This document shows, piece by piece, positions 30,697-32,000 of a stretch of 32,000 bases of DNA. A model generated the notes under the pieces. That model was not told the DNA's origin and ran no database searches. It saw only the letters and a program-made list of their open reading frames with translations. Source of the DNA: Acidothermus cellulolyticus 11B (GTDB taxonomy: Bacteria > Actinomycetota > Actinomycetes > Acidothermales > Acidothermaceae); assembly GCF_000015025.1 (NCBI RefSeq), contig NC_008578.1:1890001-1922000 (forward strand), given 5' to 3'. A program made the position numbers and the translations under genes. How positions within the stretch are numbered: the stretch's first letter is position 1; the number at the start of each line of letters is the position of its first letter.

Positions 30697-31086
30697 CTAA
30701 GGCCAGACGTGCTGGGCGGATCCTCCGCTCGGGGACGAACCGGGATCAGCGGCGGCAAGCGCGTGAGCGGACGACGCCTCTCCCGACCCGGCGGAGCCGG
30801 TGACAGCGGACACCGGCGCAGCAGCGGCCTGCGTCCGGGCGGCACGCCGTTCGGCGAGACGCCGAGGGTCAGCCATCGCGTGGGTCGCCCACCCGATGAG
30901 CGTGCCGGCGACCACCAACCCGGCACCGAGGTAGAAAACCCACGGCGTGGCGACGATCAATCCGATGCCGGCAACAATGAAACCGATGATCACGACGGTG
31001 ACCACGGCCCATGAGATCGGCCGACCGCGGATGTGCCCGTCGTCCTCGGCGTGATACGCCTGCCCCTCGTGCCGTTCCCCGGTCAC
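30697..31086 (-). CDS. Small two-TM membrane protein, HGxxPAAW-like family
   Basis: The GTG at 31086 is preceded by GGAAGGAGAGG. DDGHIRGRPISWAVVTVVIIGFIVAGIGLIV...VFYLGAGLVVAGTLIGWATH gives two hydrophobic helices after a GH..P..W motif, resembling small actinobacterial HGxxPAAW proteins. The C-terminal tail is Ala/Ser-rich. Confidence 0.6.
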   Translation of the reverse strand: MTGERHEGQAYHAEDDGHIRGRPISWAVVTVVIIGFIVAGIGLIVATPWVFYLGAGLVVAGTLIGWATHAMADPRRLAERRAARTQAAAAPVSAVTGSAGSGEASSAHALAAADPGSSPSGGSAQHVWP

Positions 31087-31203
31087 CGGCCACCTCTCCT
31101 TCCGCTCGGACGCGTGTACTCGCGCGCGACACGCACCGCTCCTCCGGCTTGCCTCAGGACGCCGCGAGACATGCTGCATCACCGGCGCGTGCCGGTGGCG
31201 ATG

Positions 31204-31515
31204 TTAGCGTCGCGTGTCGACTTCCCCTTCGGGCTTGCCCGGGGCGGCGTTCGCCGGCCAGCCGAAGCTGTCCCCGGTGCGGCGCGGCCGCTGGGCCAGC
31301 TGTACGCCGGGAAGCGTCCGCGTCGGCCAGTTCCCCGGAACCGGCACGGGCGTCGTCACCGGCGGCCGGCCGGGAACCGGATAGAGACTCCCGGCGGGGC
31401 GGCCAACCGACGTCCCATGCCCGCCGGGCGGGCGCACAAGCTGGGCATCCGCCTTGTCGCCGGCGCCGGTGGAAGAAGCTAGCGCGCCTTGGCTCTCGGT
31501 CACGTCCTCTTGCAT
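31204..31515 (-). CDS. Possible Pro-rich hypothetical protein (103 aa)
   Basis: The ORF runs from the ATG at 31515. Hand-counted third-position GC over the first 45 codons is ~75%, consistent with coding in this genome. I recognise no motif, and the sequence is disordered and Pro-rich. This call is weak. Confidence 0.3.
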   Translation of the reverse strand: MQEDVTESQGALASSTGAGDKADAQLVRPPGGHGTSVGRPAGSLYPVPGRPPVTTPVPVPGNWPTRTLPGVQLAQRPRRTGDSFGWPANAAPGKPEGEVDTRR

Positions 31516-32000
31516 ATCAGAGCGACCGTGAGTGGCACCGCCGAGGGGCGCAGAGCCGAGGTGCAATGCGAGGCACTTCACACCGAAGCGGTGACCGCGC
31601 CAAGGAGGCGGTCGCGGAGTGCCAACCTCGACAGCAGAGCGCGGGAACGCTGGATGCCCAAGCTGCAGCCCTCCACGCTCGTCCGCTACCGAACGAGCCC
31701 GAAGCAGCGTCGAAGCGTACGCCGTCGCACCGGTGATTTGGGCACGTGGTCCCAGAACCCCGCGGCACGCGAAGCTCCGCGCAGGTGGCAGGCTGCGCAA
31801 ACCGTGTTATCGCGTCTGAGGGCGCCAACACGCACGCAACGAAGTTCGGGATAGCAAGATCTTGATCGCTGATGTCCAAACCTGGTGTCGGGAGGTGCGC
31901 AAGCCAGCTGCGGACGCGAAAGGGCGCTGCTGAGAAATTGATTGCTGTCTGAGCTCGAAGCCCTGGTGCCCCTCCCCCCGATGCAAGACGCGCCCTTGGA

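Noticed and set aside
31011-31736. 241-aa plus-strand ORF at the right end of the window
   Set aside because: It is an Arg/Pro/Ala-rich shadow-type translation that overlaps the better-supported minus-strand membrane-protein gene.

Overview
High-GC (about two-thirds G+C by eye) actinobacterial chromosome segment, almost fully coding. The gene order mec-cysO-cysM-murI-MBL hydrolase-rph-rdgB and clpS/pncB matches the Mycobacterium Rv1330c-Rv1341 neighbourhood. From left to right the window holds: a 5'-truncated sedolisin-like protein with three CWB2 cell-wall-binding repeats; an archaeal-type glucose dehydrogenase followed by a divergent GroES paralogue; bcp; a tRNA followed by a ~1 kb low-GC insert bounded by a 51-bp duplication of the tRNA 3' half; rdgB-rph-MBL-murI-cysM-cysO-mec; DUF2017-clpS and, divergently, pncB; a tightly coupled seven-gene hopanoid operon (hpnC-hpnD-hpnE-polyprenyl synthase-shc-hpnG-hpnH); an AI-2E transporter; a 1137-aa secreted GH9 cellulase (GH9-CBM3c-CBM3-Fn3-CBM2) with a CelR-like operator upstream; a DUF3048 lipoprotein; and DUF3039, YqgE/AlgH, gatD-murT and a small two-TM protein. 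The cellulase architecture and long Pro/Ser linkers suggest a thermophilic cellulolytic actinobacterium (Acidothermus/Thermobifida-like), but that is inference only. I found no clear multi-gene novel system. The most unusual items are: (i) a tRNA with a Leu anticodon (UAG) but a class-I short variable loop; (ii) the integrase-less low-GC islet it anchors, which carries one orphan basic protein and a 41-bp palindrome; (iii) a sedolisin-like protein whose catalytic Ser position is Gly; (iv) a patchwork of degenerate direct repeats in the transporter/cellulase intergenic region. All coordinates and folds were worked out by hand. No database search was run.
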